Assembly: GCA_963555825.3 (NCBI GenBank) | Contig: CAUVXB020000001.1 | Coordinates: 768,001 to 832,000 of the forward strand | Reading direction: 5' to 3' | DNA: 64,000 nt | Source: Alphaproteobacteria bacterium | GTDB lineage: Bacteria; Pseudomonadota; Alphaproteobacteria; JAAXGF01 | Shown: positions 63,352 to 64,000 of the stretch, piece after piece | Layout of the letters: every line of letters starts with the position of its first letter | Position numbering within the stretch: position 1 is the first letter of the stretch | Translations under genes and position numbers: made by a program | The notes under the pieces: generated by a model | What the model was told of the DNA's origin: nothing | Database searches by the model: none | Seen by the model: the letters and a program-made list of their open reading frames with translations, nothing else

Positions 63352-63672
63352 TCATTGCGCGATCGGTACGGTCGGGTTCGCCGGTTCGGCCGGCGCCTCG
63401 ATCGGCGCGGGCGGCGTGCCGCCCTGGTCGAGAATCGAGGTCGACCCTGTATCGCGGCCCGCGAGCATCGTCAGCACCAAGCTGGTCACCATGAAGGAGC
63501 CGGCAAGCACCGCCGTTGCGCGGGTCAGCAGGTTGGCCGACGAGCGGCTGCTCATCATGCCGCCACCGCCGCCACCCATGCCCAGCGCGCCGCCTTCGCT
63601 ACGCTGCACAAGTATCAGGCCGACCAGGGCGAGCGCGATGAGAATGTGGACTACGAAAACTATCGTTATCAT
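63352..63672 (-). CDS. secG: Preprotein translocase subunit SecG
   Basis: LVQRSEGGALG, NLLTRAT; tpiA-secG-pyrG synteny. Confidence 0.93.
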   Translation of the reverse strand: MITIVFVVHILIALALVGLILVQRSEGGALGMGGGGGGMMSSRSSANLLTRATAVLAGSFMVTSLVLTMLAGRDTGSTSILDQGGTPPAPIEAPAEPANPTVPIAQ

Positions 63673-63756
63673 TACGGACCACTATATAGGCGCCGCGCGG
63701 ATGCGCTGCAATTGGCACGAGCGTATATCACACAGAATCGCCGGGCGGCTAGGCTT

Positions 63757-64000
63757 CTACGGACACGCCGTGCAAATTCCCCAGAAATCTTGTACGTCGA
63801 GGCTCGCGCCGCCGACCAGCGCGCCGTCGACATCGTCGAGCGCAAGAATGTCTGTGGCGTTGGCCGGCTTGACCGATCCGCCATAGAGCAGGCGAATGCC
63901 GTCCGCTTCGCCGCCGAGACTCGCGCGCAGCCGTTCGCGCAGATGCGTATGCACGGCGGCGATCTCGTCGCCCGTCGGCGTCCGGCCGGTGCCGATCGCC
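63757..64000 (-). CDS. tpiA: Triosephosphate isomerase, C-terminal part (truncated by window edge)
   Basis: AIGTG, LYGGSVKP.NA, DGALVGGASL. Confidence 0.95.
   Translation of the reverse strand, partial: AIGTGRTPTGDEIAAVHTHLRERLRASLGGEADGIRLLYGGSVKPANATDILALDDVDGALVGGASLDVQDFWGICTACP

Overview
GC-rich alphaproteobacterial (Rhodospirillales-like) chromosomal segment that probably spans the replication terminus. A XerCD dif-like site at 13718-13745 lies where housekeeping genes switch from mainly + strand to mainly - strand, and KOPS motifs point toward it. The + strand block is mltB-rlpA-dac-tmk-holB-metG-tatD-phnP. The mainly - strand genes are a taurine/sulfoacetaldehyde cluster, groESL, hflX-hfq, trkAH, ntrBC-ntrYX, dusB, lipA, pdhABC-lpdA, ftsB, eno, kdsA, pyrG, secG and tpiA. 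The left 3.3 kb is a mobile island edge: an IS1182 end, a passenger-carrying IS1595 and a tRNA-Ser relic. Candidate novelties: (1) a promoter-driven operon of three small paralogous proteins with a position-fixed F-x-I-x-R-D-G motif, ending in an orphan Flp pilin with a Cys/Lys tail; (2) a superfamily of ~270-bp CTAG-bounded structured elements with different terminal stems but a shared, covarying fold, one nested inside another; (3) an inovirus-type repressor abutting dif; (4) a second ~110-bp structured repeat; (5) small Cys-rich (NPC-repeat) and His/Asp-rich lipoproteins. Frame disruptions in eno, phnP and a quinone reductase may be assembly errors. All family assignments come from motif recognition by eye; no database search was run.
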